From an uncultured Campylobacterales bacterium (GTDB taxonomy: Bacteria; Campylobacterota; Campylobacteria; Campylobacterales; JAADDG01), in contig CAYVDJ010000118.1 of NCBI GenBank assembly GCA_964450755.1, forward strand, positions 1 through 60,050: a stretch of DNA of 60,050 nucleotides. The letters run 5' to 3'. This document shows positions 34,593 through 44,336 of the stretch, one piece after another (the stretch's first letter is position 1; each line of letters opens with the position of its first letter). The position numbers and the translations under genes are program-made. The notes beneath the pieces were generated by a model. The model saw only the letters and a program-made list of their open reading frames with translations, was not told the DNA's origin and ran no database searches.

Positions 34593-35812
34593 AGTCTCTC
34601 CCTTACAGCTTCTGTAAATTCTTTTGGAGAGTTTATCTTGTTATGGGATTTGACCATCATTACTCCTATATCAAGGGCTTTTCTTTCTGCTTTTTGTCTT
34701 AGGGTTTTATCTTCTATCCCCCTTATCTCTTTGACTCCTGCTATTCCGAACACTCTTCTTGCCATTTTGCAACCTGCAAAACCGATACTCTCTTTAAAGA
34801 TATTTTGCATAAACTCTTTTTTGAAAAGAGAGAAATTTTTTTCATCTATAAATCCCTCTGTTATCAAAGCGCTGTTTTTCTCTTTGTCCCAAAGAGCCAA
34901 AAATTTCTCTTCAAACTTCTCATAAATCTCAATAACCGTTTTATAAATCCACTCCTGATAATCGTTGTCTTTTGTTACGATATGATGATAGATGGCTGCA
35001 CTAAAGAGATTGGCTATGATTGCTCCGATATCAAAACCAAAAGGACCAAAAAATGCAAATTCGGGATCGATAACAAAAGTCTCTTTTTCATTTATCATGA
35101 TGGAGCCGGTATGCAAATCACCGTGTAAAAGAGCGTCGGTATGGGTCATGAATATATATTTCAGTTTTAAAACCTCTCTTTTAAAATCCATATCTTTAAA
35201 CAGTATCTTGGCATCCTCTTGCATCCCCTCATCGATAAAATCGGTCTCATGATCCATATATGGAAATGTAAAAACAAAATCCTCAGTCAGTTTGCAAAGT
35301 TCGCTGTTGTTGTTAAAACGAGACATCATCTCTCTTTTTTCCTGACTTGAGAGATGTAAAGAAGAGGTAAGAAAGAGGGTATTTGCCAAAAAAGATGAGA
35401 TATGTTCGCTAAAAAGAGGATACTTTTTGCCATCTATCAAACCCAGACGCATGATGATATGATTTGAGAGATTTTGCATAACGACAAGACTCATTTTCTC
35501 ATCGGCATAATAGACTTTCGGTACAAAATCCCCTATAAAATCGCCGTATGTTTTGAGCGCTCTTATCTCATAGGACATTCTCTCTCTTGAGAGCGGATAC
35601 TCCTCTCCCGCACATCTTAGATACGGAACCGCCTGTTTTATGATAAGAGATCTGGTGGGATCATCTTTGCTTACAGCCAAAAAAACAAAGTTTACATTTC
35701 CGTCTCCAATCTCTTTTATATCCAAAGAGGAACCCTCAAAATAGCTCTTAATCTCGTTGATTCCCAAAAGAAATCTCTCCAAATTATCAACACTCAGTAT
35801 CTCATAGCCCAT
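34589..35812 (-). CDS. mtnK: 5-methylthioribose kinase MtnK
   Basis: EIGDGNVNFVF, LIIKQAVPY, LLHGDLHTGSIM, VIDPEFAFFGPFGFDIG and IGFAGCKMARR line up closely with Bacillus MtnK as I recall it. Confidence 0.9.
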   Translation of the reverse strand: MGYEILSVDNLERFLLGINEIKSYFEGSSLDIKEIGDGNVNFVFLAVSKDDPTRSLIIKQAVPYLRCAGEEYPLSRERMSYEIRALKTYGDFIGDFVPKVYYADEKMSLVVMQNLSNHIIMRLGLIDGKKYPLFSEHISSFLANTLFLTSSLHLSSQEKREMMSRFNNNSELCKLTEDFVFTFPYMDHETDFIDEGMQEDAKILFKDMDFKREVLKLKYIFMTHTDALLHGDLHTGSIMINEKETFVIDPEFAFFGPFGFDIGAIIANLFSAAIYHHIVTKDNDYQEWIYKTVIEIYEKFEEKFLALWDKEKNSALITEGFIDEKNFSLFKKEFMQNIFKESIGFAGCKMARRVFGIAGVKEIRGIEDKTLRQKAERKALDIGVMMVKSHNKINSPKEFTEAVRERL

Positions 35813-35891
35813 AAAACACTCCTAAGTTTTTTATCAGATTATGCAGGATATTATATCACACTTTAGAGATGCCCTTTAAAAAACAAAAGTG

Positions 35892-36677
35892 TTATTTTGT
35901 AAGAAAATCAGCTATGAGAGGAGCATGATCGCTTGGAGTGGGTTTTCTTCTTTTTCTCGTCCACATATCAACTTTTATATCTTTGAGTTGTTCGGACAAA
36001 GAGGAAGATGCCAGAATATAATCTATCCTCATCCCCTCATCTCTGAAAACTCCGGCAGTTCTGTAATCCCACCATGTAAAGCCCCTCTTGAGAGGATGTG
36101 CATATCTGAAAAGGTCGATTAGACCTATATCCAAAAACTTCTCAAAAATCTCTCTCTCATCATCCATAAAATCTGTTTTTCCCTGAAAGAATACGGGATC
36201 GTAAACATCAATATCCTCTCTGGCAACATTCAAATCTCCTACGATAGAGATTTTTTCATTTTCAAGATCATGTTTTTGTTTTATAAATTCTCTCAGATAT
36301 TCAAAAAATTCCAATTTATACCGGTGTTTTTCACTTCCCTCCTCACCGCCGTGGGGAGCATAGACATTATAAACTATTATATCTTTGATTTTTGCTTTTA
36401 TCATTCGCTTTTGAAGATCAAATCTCTCGTCTCCAAAACCTTTTTGGATATCACTCATAGGATATTTTGAACAAATCGCAACACCGTTATAGGCTTTTTG
36501 TCCAAAAACTGCACATTCATAGCCCAACTTTTCAAACTCTTCAAAAGGAAAATTCCGTTCTTCGCATTTTATCTCCTGAAAGCATAAAACATCTATCTTG
36601 ACCTTTTCCTCAAGCCATCTGATTATCAGATCTTTTCTTGCTTTTATAGAGTTTACATTGAATGTTGCAAGAGTCAA
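35892..36677 (-). CDS. xthA: exodeoxyribonuclease III
   Basis: ATFNVNSIKAR, VLCFQEIK, GDLNVA and the C-terminal PSDHAPL are typical of the ExoIII/APE1 family. Confidence 0.9.
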   Translation of the reverse strand: MTLATFNVNSIKARKDLIIRWLEEKVKIDVLCFQEIKCEERNFPFEEFEKLGYECAVFGQKAYNGVAICSKYPMSDIQKGFGDERFDLQKRMIKAKIKDIIVYNVYAPHGGEEGSEKHRYKLEFFEYLREFIKQKHDLENEKISIVGDLNVAREDIDVYDPVFFQGKTDFMDDEREIFEKFLDIGLIDLFRYAHPLKRGFTWWDYRTAGVFRDEGMRIDYILASSSLSEQLKDIKVDMWTRKRRKPTPSDHAPLIADFLTK

Positions 36678-36686
36678 ATCAAATCT

Positions 36687-37745
36687 TTATGCCACGGAAG
36701 AACACGCTATATGCATTTTTTTGTGTTTTACCGGTTTTTTTATCCTCACTCCCTTAACACTTAAAAGAGTGATATCTTTTGAGAGATATCTTGCTTTTAC
36801 CGGCTCTTTTTTAAACAGATCCGTACTTAGATATTTCTTGTTGTCATCTGCAAAAACCGTAACTACCGAAGCATTACCGCCCAATCTCTCCTGAGCTATC
36901 AAAGCTGCCAGAAAATTGGCTCCCGAAGATATACCCACACCCACACCAAGTTCAGATGCCAGTTTTTGAGCCATCAAGATAGCATCTCCGTCATCAACCG
37001 CCAAAACCTCATCCAATGAACACATCTGTACGATAGAGGGAATAAATTCATCAGATATTCCCTCTATCCTGTGAAATCCCACTTTATGCCCTGTTGAGAG
37101 AGTCGGAGAACTTGCAGGTTCTACAGGATGGAGTTTTATAGAGGGATTTTTCTCTTTGAGATACTCTCCGGTTCCCATGATAGTTCCGCCTGTACCGACT
37201 CCGGCTACAAAAGCATCGGGTATGACATTCAGTTCTTCCAACTGCTGCCAGATCTCAGGACCTATCAGGGAATAGTGAGCTTCTATATTGTCTATATTTG
37301 AAAATTGCCTCGGTAAAAATACATTATCCATTTTTGCCGCCATCTCTTCGGTTTTATTGATACTTCCTATAAAACCGCCCCCGTTTTTATCGACAAGATG
37401 AATTTCCGCCCCAAAAGTCTGGATCAGTTTTACTCTCTCTTCACTCATCCAGCTTGGCATAAATATAATCACTTTATGCCCCAAAGCTCTGCCTATTGCC
37501 GCAAAAGAGATACCGGTATTGCCGCTTGTGGCTTCGGCAATGATATCATCTTTTTTAAGTTCTCCTTTTGAGTAGGCTTTTTTGATGATATGAAGTGCCA
37601 TTCTGTCTTTGATACTTCCGGTAAGACTAAAATACTCCGCTTTTGCGTAAATTTTTCTTCTTCTGTTTTTATACAAAAACTCTATAACCAAAAGAGGGGT
37701 ATTACCTATAAGATCTTCCAAACCTTTTATGAGTTCTTCTCTCAA
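36687..37745 (-). CDS. cysK: cysteine synthase (O-acetylserine sulfhydrylase family) with a C-terminal extension of about 40 aa
   Basis: [15 protein letters not shown] (PLP lysine), [10 protein letters not shown] and [11 protein letters not shown] start with SD AGGGAGA. A basic tail follows the usual ...YLSTDLF end. Confidence 0.85.
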   Translation of the reverse strand: MREELIKGLEDLIGNTPLLVIEFLYKNRRRKIYAKAEYFSLTGSIKDRMALHIIKKAYSKGELKKDDIIAEATSGNTGISFAAIGRALGHKVIIFMPSWMSEERVKLIQTFGAEIHLVDKNGGGFIGSINKTEEMAAKMDNVFLPRQFSNIDNIEAHYSLIGPEIWQQLEELNVIPDAFVAGVGTGGTIMGTGEYLKEKNPSIKLHPVEPASSPTLSTGHKVGFHRIEGISDEFIPSIVQMCSLDEVLAVDDGDAILMAQKLASELGVGVGISSGANFLAALIAQERLGGNASVVTVFADDNKKYLSTDLFKKEPVKARYLSKDITLLSVKGVRIKKPVKHKKMHIACSSVA

Positions 37746-37839
37746 AACATTCTCCCTAATAAACTTCGAGCGTATTATTACATTTTTAGTTTAAGATTAT
37801 AATTAATATCGAACTTTTAACGATAAAATTTATAATTTT

Positions 37840-38127
37840 TTATCCAAAATATGATTTACCGCCTATAAATGAAAAGAGTAAAAGAAAAAGTAAAAAAGAA
37901 AAAAGTCTGATATAAGTTTTTTTATTGAAAAGTATGGAGATGATAAGTCCCGCAAGTACGCTTAAAAGATATCCTATGAACAAAAACAGAACGGTTTTTA
38001 TCTCATTTTCGGGAAAACCGAGAATATCGGGATGTACGATAAATGTCTGTAAAACCACCGAAGCAGCCCAGGTATATAAAAACACGGCTGTAAAAAAGAG
38101 AATCAAAAGATATCGTTTTATTCCCAT
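37840..38127 (-). CDS. small integral membrane protein (3 predicted TM segments)
   Basis: 95 aa, strongly hydrophobic. It starts 3 nt after the stop of the beta-helix gene, so it is probably co-transcribed. Confidence 0.4.
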   Translation of the reverse strand: MGIKRYLLILFFTAVFLYTWAASVVLQTFIVHPDILGFPENEIKTVLFLFIGYLLSVLAGLIISILFNKKTYIRLFSFLLFLLLFSFIGGKSYFG

Positions 38128-38130
38128 CTG

Positions 38131-39795
38131 TTATCTCTCTTCATAAAAACCTATATCGGGAGATTTTCCTTTAAAACGGTGATTTTTTTCAACAGCAATT
38201 CCGGCATCAATACACGGTGAAGATGATTTTAAATGCAGATCTCTTTTTTTGACATCCATAAACTCAGGATCTTTTTGAATATTATTTGATATTTTATCTA
38301 CTTTATTTATTTTATTAAATTCTTTGACAGTTAAAAACTTTCCTTTGTAAAAGATGATTTTTCTGCTTGTTGAGCCGTTATAAATACAGTTATTTAAAAA
38401 AGTGTTGTTTTTTACAGATTTGTGATTATCTATAACCAATCCCATTCCATCCAATTTGTCTTTTGAATTGATACCGCAGTTATATATGATATTGTTTCTT
38501 ACAAAATTGTTATATTTGTCATTTTCACCGGCTCTTATCCTTATACCGGCCTCTTCGCAATCTATGATTACATTGTTATCAATGGTATTGTCATGACTTA
38601 CATAATTTTTCCCATACCCCTGTATCTCTATACCCTGAGCCGTTCCGTAAGGTTTGATGGGAGAGTTTTTAACCGTATCAATGATATTGTGATGAAAACG
38701 GTTATGATCTCCGTTTAACTGACTTCTTACGGTCGTATTTTTGATAATGTTATAAAAAAACTCGTTATGATGCGCTCTGTTTTCCACTCCGTCTATTCCT
38801 ATGCCTCTTGAGTAGGATAGATTTTCACCTGTTATATAATTACTGTAAAATTTATTGTTATAAACTCCGGGATTTTGTCTGTTTAGGGCTACAATGTTTA
38901 TGCCGGTATGTCCCCAGTCTTTTATACGGTTGTTTCTGACGATACAGTCATGCGCTCCGCTGTTTAATAAAATTCCGTCTATTGATCCTCTTGTGGAGGG
39001 AGCTTTATAGCCTTTGAAATGAAATTTGGAATCAACAAGACAGTTTTCTACGATAACATCATGAGAAGGAACAAATCTGCTCTCTTCTTTGTTATCCATG
39101 ATTTGAAGTCCCATTCGCGAATAACCGCCTATAGTGCAGTTCTTGACAACTATATCATGTGAACCTCTTATCGCCAATGCATAACCGTTTCCGCCTTGAA
39201 TATCAAGATTTTGAAAAATAATATTATGTTTGTCTTTTACCAAAACGGTCTCATAGCGGATATTTATCTTTATAGAGTTACAGCCAAAAGCCGGATTTTG
39301 TTCACTGTACACATAGAGTTTATTGTTATTCCAAAACCATTTTATCTTCCTGCCGTCAATCTCCAAAGGCATTTTTCCTGCTCTTAGAACCTCTTTGTCA
39401 TCGATTAAAATTCTTTGGGGATTAAAATTGAGATTGAATGACCAGATATTTTTACCATCTACATTTTCCCAGTTTTCAGGGATTTTACTGCCCGGCAACT
39501 CCTTCATTGAAGTTATAACGGGTAAATCTCCCTTTCCGTAAGAGGTAAAAACTATGGGTTTGTTTTTGTTTCCTGATGAAGATACGATAAAATAACCTCT
39601 AAAAACAGAACCTCTTTTAAAAGATATCGTATCACCGGGCTTAAATCTGAATCCGTTAAGTTTTTTTATGCTTTTCCATGCGCTTTTGGGAGATTTCCCG
39701 GAAGAGAAATCGTTTCCATTCTCAGCATCAAGATAATAGATATCCGCATTTGAAAAAGTTATAAAAACAAAAAAAAGTATCCAAAATTTTGTCAT
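38131..39795 (-). CDS. secreted right-handed parallel beta-helix repeat protein (pectate-lyase fold, polysaccharide lyase/hydrolase-like)
   Basis: Signal peptide. The N-terminus YYLDAENGNDFSSGKSPKSAWKSIKK is typical of this fold. Many periodic NN.I/N..I.N turns are present (VVKNCTIGG, IVENCLV, IVRNNRI, NNIIDT, NNVIIDC, NNIIYNC). Confidence 0.7.
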   Translation of the reverse strand: MTKFWILFFVFITFSNADIYYLDAENGNDFSSGKSPKSAWKSIKKLNGFRFKPGDTISFKRGSVFRGYFIVSSSGNKNKPIVFTSYGKGDLPVITSMKELPGSKIPENWENVDGKNIWSFNLNFNPQRILIDDKEVLRAGKMPLEIDGRKIKWFWNNNKLYVYSEQNPAFGCNSIKINIRYETVLVKDKHNIIFQNLDIQGGNGYALAIRGSHDIVVKNCTIGGYSRMGLQIMDNKEESRFVPSHDVIVENCLVDSKFHFKGYKAPSTRGSIDGILLNSGAHDCIVRNNRIKDWGHTGINIVALNRQNPGVYNNKFYSNYITGENLSYSRGIGIDGVENRAHHNEFFYNIIKNTTVRSQLNGDHNRFHHNIIDTVKNSPIKPYGTAQGIEIQGYGKNYVSHDNTIDNNVIIDCEEAGIRIRAGENDKYNNFVRNNIIYNCGINSKDKLDGMGLVIDNHKSVKNNTFLNNCIYNGSTSRKIIFYKGKFLTVKEFNKINKVDKISNNIQKDPEFMDVKKRDLHLKSSSPCIDAGIAVEKNHRFKGKSPDIGFYEER

Positions 39796-39798
39796 AAT

Positions 39799-41190
39799 CT
39801 ACTTACTCTTATTAAACAGTATATATAATTTTACCAAAGCGGGGATTAAACCTGCATTATAGCTGATAGAGACTTCATTTGCTATATAATCATCTCTTTT
39901 GTCTTCATAATCAAAATCATCCAGACTCTTAGGTCCTCCCACCATGGCACCTGTTAATTCATAAGTGTTGTTTTTTGGAACATCTATATCATCTGTTTTT
40001 GAATGATGAGCGTTTGCATGATGGGGATTTTTCGGAAAATTTCTGCCAAATCCTATCAGATAACTGCTCTGTCTTGGATTTTTACCCAAAATATAATCTA
40101 TCTGACTTTTTGCAAAACTGATATATTCTTGTTTTTTACTCTCTGAGGGAACAAAATCTGCATAAACAAGAGCAGTAAAAGCCAAATTTGCAGCATACTG
40201 AAGGGAACCCCATTTATCTGCAAATACCAATCCTCCTTTGGTTCTTTTTTCTTTATGTATCCAGTGATTTAGATGCTGTTGCACCAAATTGTGATAGAGA
40301 GGTTTATCTGTCAAAATCGCCAAAAGCAAAAAGACACTGTTTTGCATATCTCCCCAGTTTAACGGCCAATAGATATCATCTTTGTCCAGCTTGGATGCAA
40401 AATTCACGGCATCCAAAAGATATTTTTTCTCTTTTGTGGCAATATAGAGCCATAGCGCACTATAAGAGAGTTCATCAATATATCCCGAAGAGTCATAAGC
40501 TCCTTTTGCCATCTTGTAACCGCTGTTTCCCTGAAAAGTTTTTGAAAAGAGATAAAGCCTTTTTGCCCTTGTCAAAAGTGTATCGGCATAATCTTTGTCA
40601 CTGTTTTTAAAAACAAGATATCCTATCGCCAAAGCCGCCGCCGTTTGCGCACTTACTTCACTGCAAGGAGAGGAGGAAGTACAGTAAAATGAACTTCTTT
40701 GATAGTTGATATCTTCCGCGCTCATCCAGTATTTGTGATCGATTGCAGGATCACCCACCTGATAGAAAAAAATATCATCTTTTATATTTTTTTTGATTTT
40801 ATATGCTTTTAGAAAATAGTCCAAAACATATTTGAGATTGCTTTTTGCATAATCATAGAGTTTCAGTTCCTTAAAAGCCTCCGGAGAGAGGAGAATACTC
40901 CATCCCGTCATTGAAGCGCTGTATGCCATCGGCAAACCAAACTTCACATAGTCTCCGGCATCATACCATCCGCCGCTTAGATCGACTCCGTTATCTTTAC
41001 CGTCATCCAAAGCGGAGGATTTTGGCCAGTTTAATTTGTATATATATTTATCTGTCTCTTTTTTACCGGATCTTTGGGCTTCATAAAAAAGAAACGATTT
41101 TTTTAAGGCATCACCGTAATCAAAATCTTTTGCCATTGCACCTGTTGAGATCAAAATCAAAGATAAAAAAAACAGAGATATCTTTTTCAA
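39799..41190 (-). CDS. glycoside hydrolase family 9 enzyme (endoglucanase / glucosaminidase-like), secreted
   Basis: Signal peptide. GH9 signatures DLSGGWYDAGDYVKFGLPMAYS, NPHH..AHH and the C-terminal DDYIANEVSISYNAGL. Confidence 0.85.
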   Translation of the reverse strand: MKKISLFFLSLILISTGAMAKDFDYGDALKKSFLFYEAQRSGKKETDKYIYKLNWPKSSALDDGKDNGVDLSGGWYDAGDYVKFGLPMAYSASMTGWSILLSPEAFKELKLYDYAKSNLKYVLDYFLKAYKIKKNIKDDIFFYQVGDPAIDHKYWMSAEDINYQRSSFYCTSSSPCSEVSAQTAAALAIGYLVFKNSDKDYADTLLTRAKRLYLFSKTFQGNSGYKMAKGAYDSSGYIDELSYSALWLYIATKEKKYLLDAVNFASKLDKDDIYWPLNWGDMQNSVFLLLAILTDKPLYHNLVQQHLNHWIHKEKRTKGGLVFADKWGSLQYAANLAFTALVYADFVPSESKKQEYISFAKSQIDYILGKNPRQSSYLIGFGRNFPKNPHHANAHHSKTDDIDVPKNNTYELTGAMVGGPKSLDDFDYEDKRDDYIANEVSISYNAGLIPALVKLYILFNKSK

Positions 41191-41198
41191 AACAGTCC

Positions 41199-42299
41199 TT
41201 AAACATTAAATCTAAAGTGCATCACATCACCGTCAACAACGATATAGTCCTTTCCTTCAAGTCTCATTTTACCGGCTTCTTTTGCTCCGGATTCTCCACC
41301 GCAGGAGATAAAATCCTCATAGGAGATAACTTCGGCTCTGATAAAACCTTTTTCAAAATCATTATGTATGACAGCGGCTGCCTGAGGCGCTTTAGTTCCT
41401 TTATGTATCGTCCAGGATCGAACTTCTTTTACTCCTGCTGTAAAATAACTTATGAGTCCGAGTTTTTCAAAACTGGTTCTTATGATCTGCTCAAGTCCAG
41501 ATTCCTCGACTCCAAGCTCTTTTAGAAACTCCTTTTTTTCATCTTCTTCAAGAGCCACCATCTCCTCTTCTATTTTAGCGCAAAGTTTTATAACATCGGA
41601 GTTCTTCTTTTTTGCATATTCAAAAACTCTCTTTACATACTCGTTATCTTCCAAAAGATCATCCTCCCCCACATTTGCGCCGTAAATAATCTCTTTTGCC
41701 GTTAAAAGTCTTAGATCTCTGTTTAGAGATTTAAACTCCTCACTCTCTCTTTTTTCAAAATTTGCAGCCGGTTCTCCGCTGTTTAGATGATCCAACAAAG
41801 AGTTTGTCATATCCAAAAGGGGTTTTATCTTTTTGTCCGATTTTGCCTGTCTGTTTAATCTCTCCAGTTTTTTTTCAAGAGACTGAATATCTGCCAATAA
41901 AAGCTCTGTCTCTATGATCTCTATATCTCTTATCGGATCGACTCCGCCTTCGACATGAGTTACATTCTCATCTTCAAAACATCTGACGATATGCAAGATT
42001 ATTTCACTCTCTTTGATATTTCCCAAAAACTGGTTTCCAAGTCCTTCACCTTTGCTTGCTCCCTTTACAAGACCTGCAATATCAACAAAATCGATTGTAG
42101 AGTGCATAACCCTTTGGGGATTTACTATCTTTGAAAGCTCTTCAAGCCTTGGATCCGGCACCGGCACAACGGCTTTGTTCGGCTCTATTGTACAAAAAGG
42201 ATAATTTGCAGATTCTGCATTTTGAGCTTTTGTCAAAGCATTAAAAGTTGTTGATTTTCCCACATTCGGAAGTCCTACGATTCCTACACTTAAACCCAT
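41199..42299 (-). CDS. ychF: redox-regulated ATPase YchF
   Basis: GIVGLPNVGKSTTFNALT, DIAGLVKGAS, and a C-terminal TGS-like IVVDGDVMHFRFNV. Confidence 0.95.
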   Translation of the reverse strand: MGLSVGIVGLPNVGKSTTFNALTKAQNAESANYPFCTIEPNKAVVPVPDPRLEELSKIVNPQRVMHSTIDFVDIAGLVKGASKGEGLGNQFLGNIKESEIILHIVRCFEDENVTHVEGGVDPIRDIEIIETELLLADIQSLEKKLERLNRQAKSDKKIKPLLDMTNSLLDHLNSGEPAANFEKRESEEFKSLNRDLRLLTAKEIIYGANVGEDDLLEDNEYVKRVFEYAKKKNSDVIKLCAKIEEEMVALEEDEKKEFLKELGVEESGLEQIIRTSFEKLGLISYFTAGVKEVRSWTIHKGTKAPQAAAVIHNDFEKGFIRAEVISYEDFISCGGESGAKEAGKMRLEGKDYIVVDGDVMHFRFNV

Positions 42300-43750
42300 T
42301 ATTTCTCTTCCTTCGCTAATTTTTGCATCCAGTAAAGAGCAAGTCTTACCCCCGCTCCCGTAGCTCCTTCTTTATTGTATCCCCACGCTTTTTCCACATA
42401 AGCGGGACCTGCTATATCAAGATGAAGCCATTTGTCTTTATACTCTTTCTTTATAAAATTATCCAAAAACAAAGCTGCCGTAATGGCACCGCCGTATCTT
42501 GAAGAAGAGATGTTTGAAATATCTGCAACAGAGCTTTTTAAAAGTTTTTTCAGATATCTGTTAAAAGGAAGACTCGAACAAAGCTCCCCGCTCTCTTTGG
42601 AAGATTCTATGATAGAGTGTTTCAGTTTTCCGCTGTGTCCCATAACTCCTATCGTATATTCTCCAAGAGCCACGACACAGGCACCCGTCAAAGTGGCAAG
42701 ATCTATCAGATAGTCTGGTTTTTGTTCCTGCGCATAGCACAGACAGTCTGCCAAAACAAGTCTTCCTTCGGCATCGGTGTTTCTAACTTCTATCGTTTTG
42801 CCGTTTTTGGCTGTCAATACATCATCCGGTTTATAGGCATTTCCTCCTATCATATTTTCGGCGGCTCCGATGATAGAGTCTATCTCAAAAGGAAGCTCCA
42901 ATGCCGCTGCTGTTTTTATGATGGAGATGGCCGCTGCCGCTCCGCTTTTGTCCGATTTCATCGTAACCATAAAATTGCTCGGTTTCAGGCTCAAACCGCC
43001 GCTGTCATAAGTAAGACCCTTTCCGACAAAAACAAATTTTGCTTTTGCCTTGTTTTTTGGTCTGTATTTTAGATGTATCAGTCTCGGAGAATGGGTACTT
43101 GCTCTGCTTACCGCCAAAAAAGCCCCCATCTTCTCTTTTTTCAAAAATTTCTCATCTCCCACAAAACACTTGATATTTTCATACTTCTTTGCCAGTTTTT
43201 TCGCTACTTTTGCCAGTTTTTTGGGTGTCATATCATCAGGCGGAGTATTTACGATATTTTTTGCAAAATTTGCTCCTTTTGCGATGATTGAAGCCTCTTT
43301 TACCAAATCTTCGATCTCTCGCTCGTCTATCGTCTCCTCTTTGTATCCTTCGGTGGAGATGACAAGAGTCTTTTTGTTTTTGCTCTCTTTTTTTGATTTG
43401 TATCTGTCAAATTCATACTCTCCAAAAAGCGCTCCCTCTACGATAGCTTTTATACACTCTTTTGAATATCCGCCTATTTTTACTCTTTGGTATTTTGTTT
43501 TTCTCAAAGCATTTACAGCTTTTGCCACCGCAATCCTTATCTCATCACTCTCAAAACTTTCACATCCTGCATAAATTTTATGACAATGCGGCAAAAACGC
43601 CGTCTCTTCAGAGTTTGCTTTGAAACTCAGTGTTTTTAGATCCTCTCTCTCTTTTACCCATTTGTGATCAAAGTTTTTTTCCATTACCAAAATAATTTCA
43701 CAATCACTCTGTATCTCTTTTAATTTTTTATTTTCTATTAAAAACTGCAT
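42299..43750 (-). CDS. pepA: leucyl aminopeptidase (M17)
   Basis: VGKGLTYDSGGLSLKP and NTDAEGRLVLAD are M17 signatures. Confidence 0.9.
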   Translation of the reverse strand: MQFLIENKKLKEIQSDCEIILVMEKNFDHKWVKEREDLKTLSFKANSEETAFLPHCHKIYAGCESFESDEIRIAVAKAVNALRKTKYQRVKIGGYSKECIKAIVEGALFGEYEFDRYKSKKESKNKKTLVISTEGYKEETIDEREIEDLVKEASIIAKGANFAKNIVNTPPDDMTPKKLAKVAKKLAKKYENIKCFVGDEKFLKKEKMGAFLAVSRASTHSPRLIHLKYRPKNKAKAKFVFVGKGLTYDSGGLSLKPSNFMVTMKSDKSGAAAAISIIKTAAALELPFEIDSIIGAAENMIGGNAYKPDDVLTAKNGKTIEVRNTDAEGRLVLADCLCYAQEQKPDYLIDLATLTGACVVALGEYTIGVMGHSGKLKHSIIESSKESGELCSSLPFNRYLKKLLKSSVADISNISSSRYGGAITAALFLDNFIKKEYKDKWLHLDIAGPAYVEKAWGYNKEGATGAGVRLALYWMQKLAKEEK

Positions 43751-44324
43751 TTTTTTTCTCCTCCAATCTTTTTTCTACACTGTGGAAAAAGTACCAGACA
43801 CTTCCCAAAAATATTCCGGCAATCGGAATTGCCAGATACCAGTGTTTTTTTGCAACCTCTATAATCTGTAAAATCTCTTCTCCAAACAGATAAGCCGGAG
43901 TAATGGTTATGGCTGCCCACGCCCATGCGCTCAGAAGATTGATAAAAGCAAATTTGTATCCAGAATATCTTGTAAGTCCTATCGACATAGGTATAACGGT
44001 TCTTAATCCGTAGAGATATCTTTGAACAAAAATGATAGGCCAACCATATTTTTTTAAAAGCAAGTGAGCAATGGCAAATTTTCTTTTTTGGTGTCTGAAT
44101 TTTTTATAAATGTAATCTTTATTGTACCTTCCGATATAAAAATAGATCTGATCTCCTGCAAATCCTCCCAGACCTCCTATAAAAATAGCCATATAGTGAT
44201 TCATATCTCCCGTATGGGATAAAACTCCCGCCATAATAAGCCCAAGTTCTCCCTCCATAATACTCCATATAAAAAGTATTATATAACCATACTCTTTTAG
44301 TAAATCTATGAAAAATTGTTCCAA
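43728..44324 (-). CDS. DedA family membrane protein
   Basis: 198 aa. The pattern EGELGLIMAGVL...GGLGGFAGDQIYFYIGR...QRYLYGLRTVIPMSIG is typical of DedA/VTT-domain proteins. Confidence 0.8.
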   Translation of the reverse strand: MEQFFIDLLKEYGYIILFIWSIMEGELGLIMAGVLSHTGDMNHYMAIFIGGLGGFAGDQIYFYIGRYNKDYIYKKFRHQKRKFAIAHLLLKKYGWPIIFVQRYLYGLRTVIPMSIGLTRYSGYKFAFINLLSAWAWAAITITPAYLFGEEILQIIEVAKKHWYLAIPIAGIFLGSVWYFFHSVEKRLEEKKNAVFNRK

Positions 44325-44336
44325 TGTAAACCTTAA

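Noticed and set aside
40911-41525. 204-aa plus-strand ORF spanning the GH9/ychF junction
   Set aside because: It is antisense to two confidently identified genes and crosses their boundary. Its composition is typical of a non-coding frame.
43050-43574. 174-aa plus-strand ORF within pepA, and similar ORFs at 42617-43072 and 25939-26463
   Set aside because: These are antisense shadows of pepA and the RND pump gene. The hydrophobic Ser/Phe-rich translations arise from the reverse complement of Lys/Glu-rich coding sequence.
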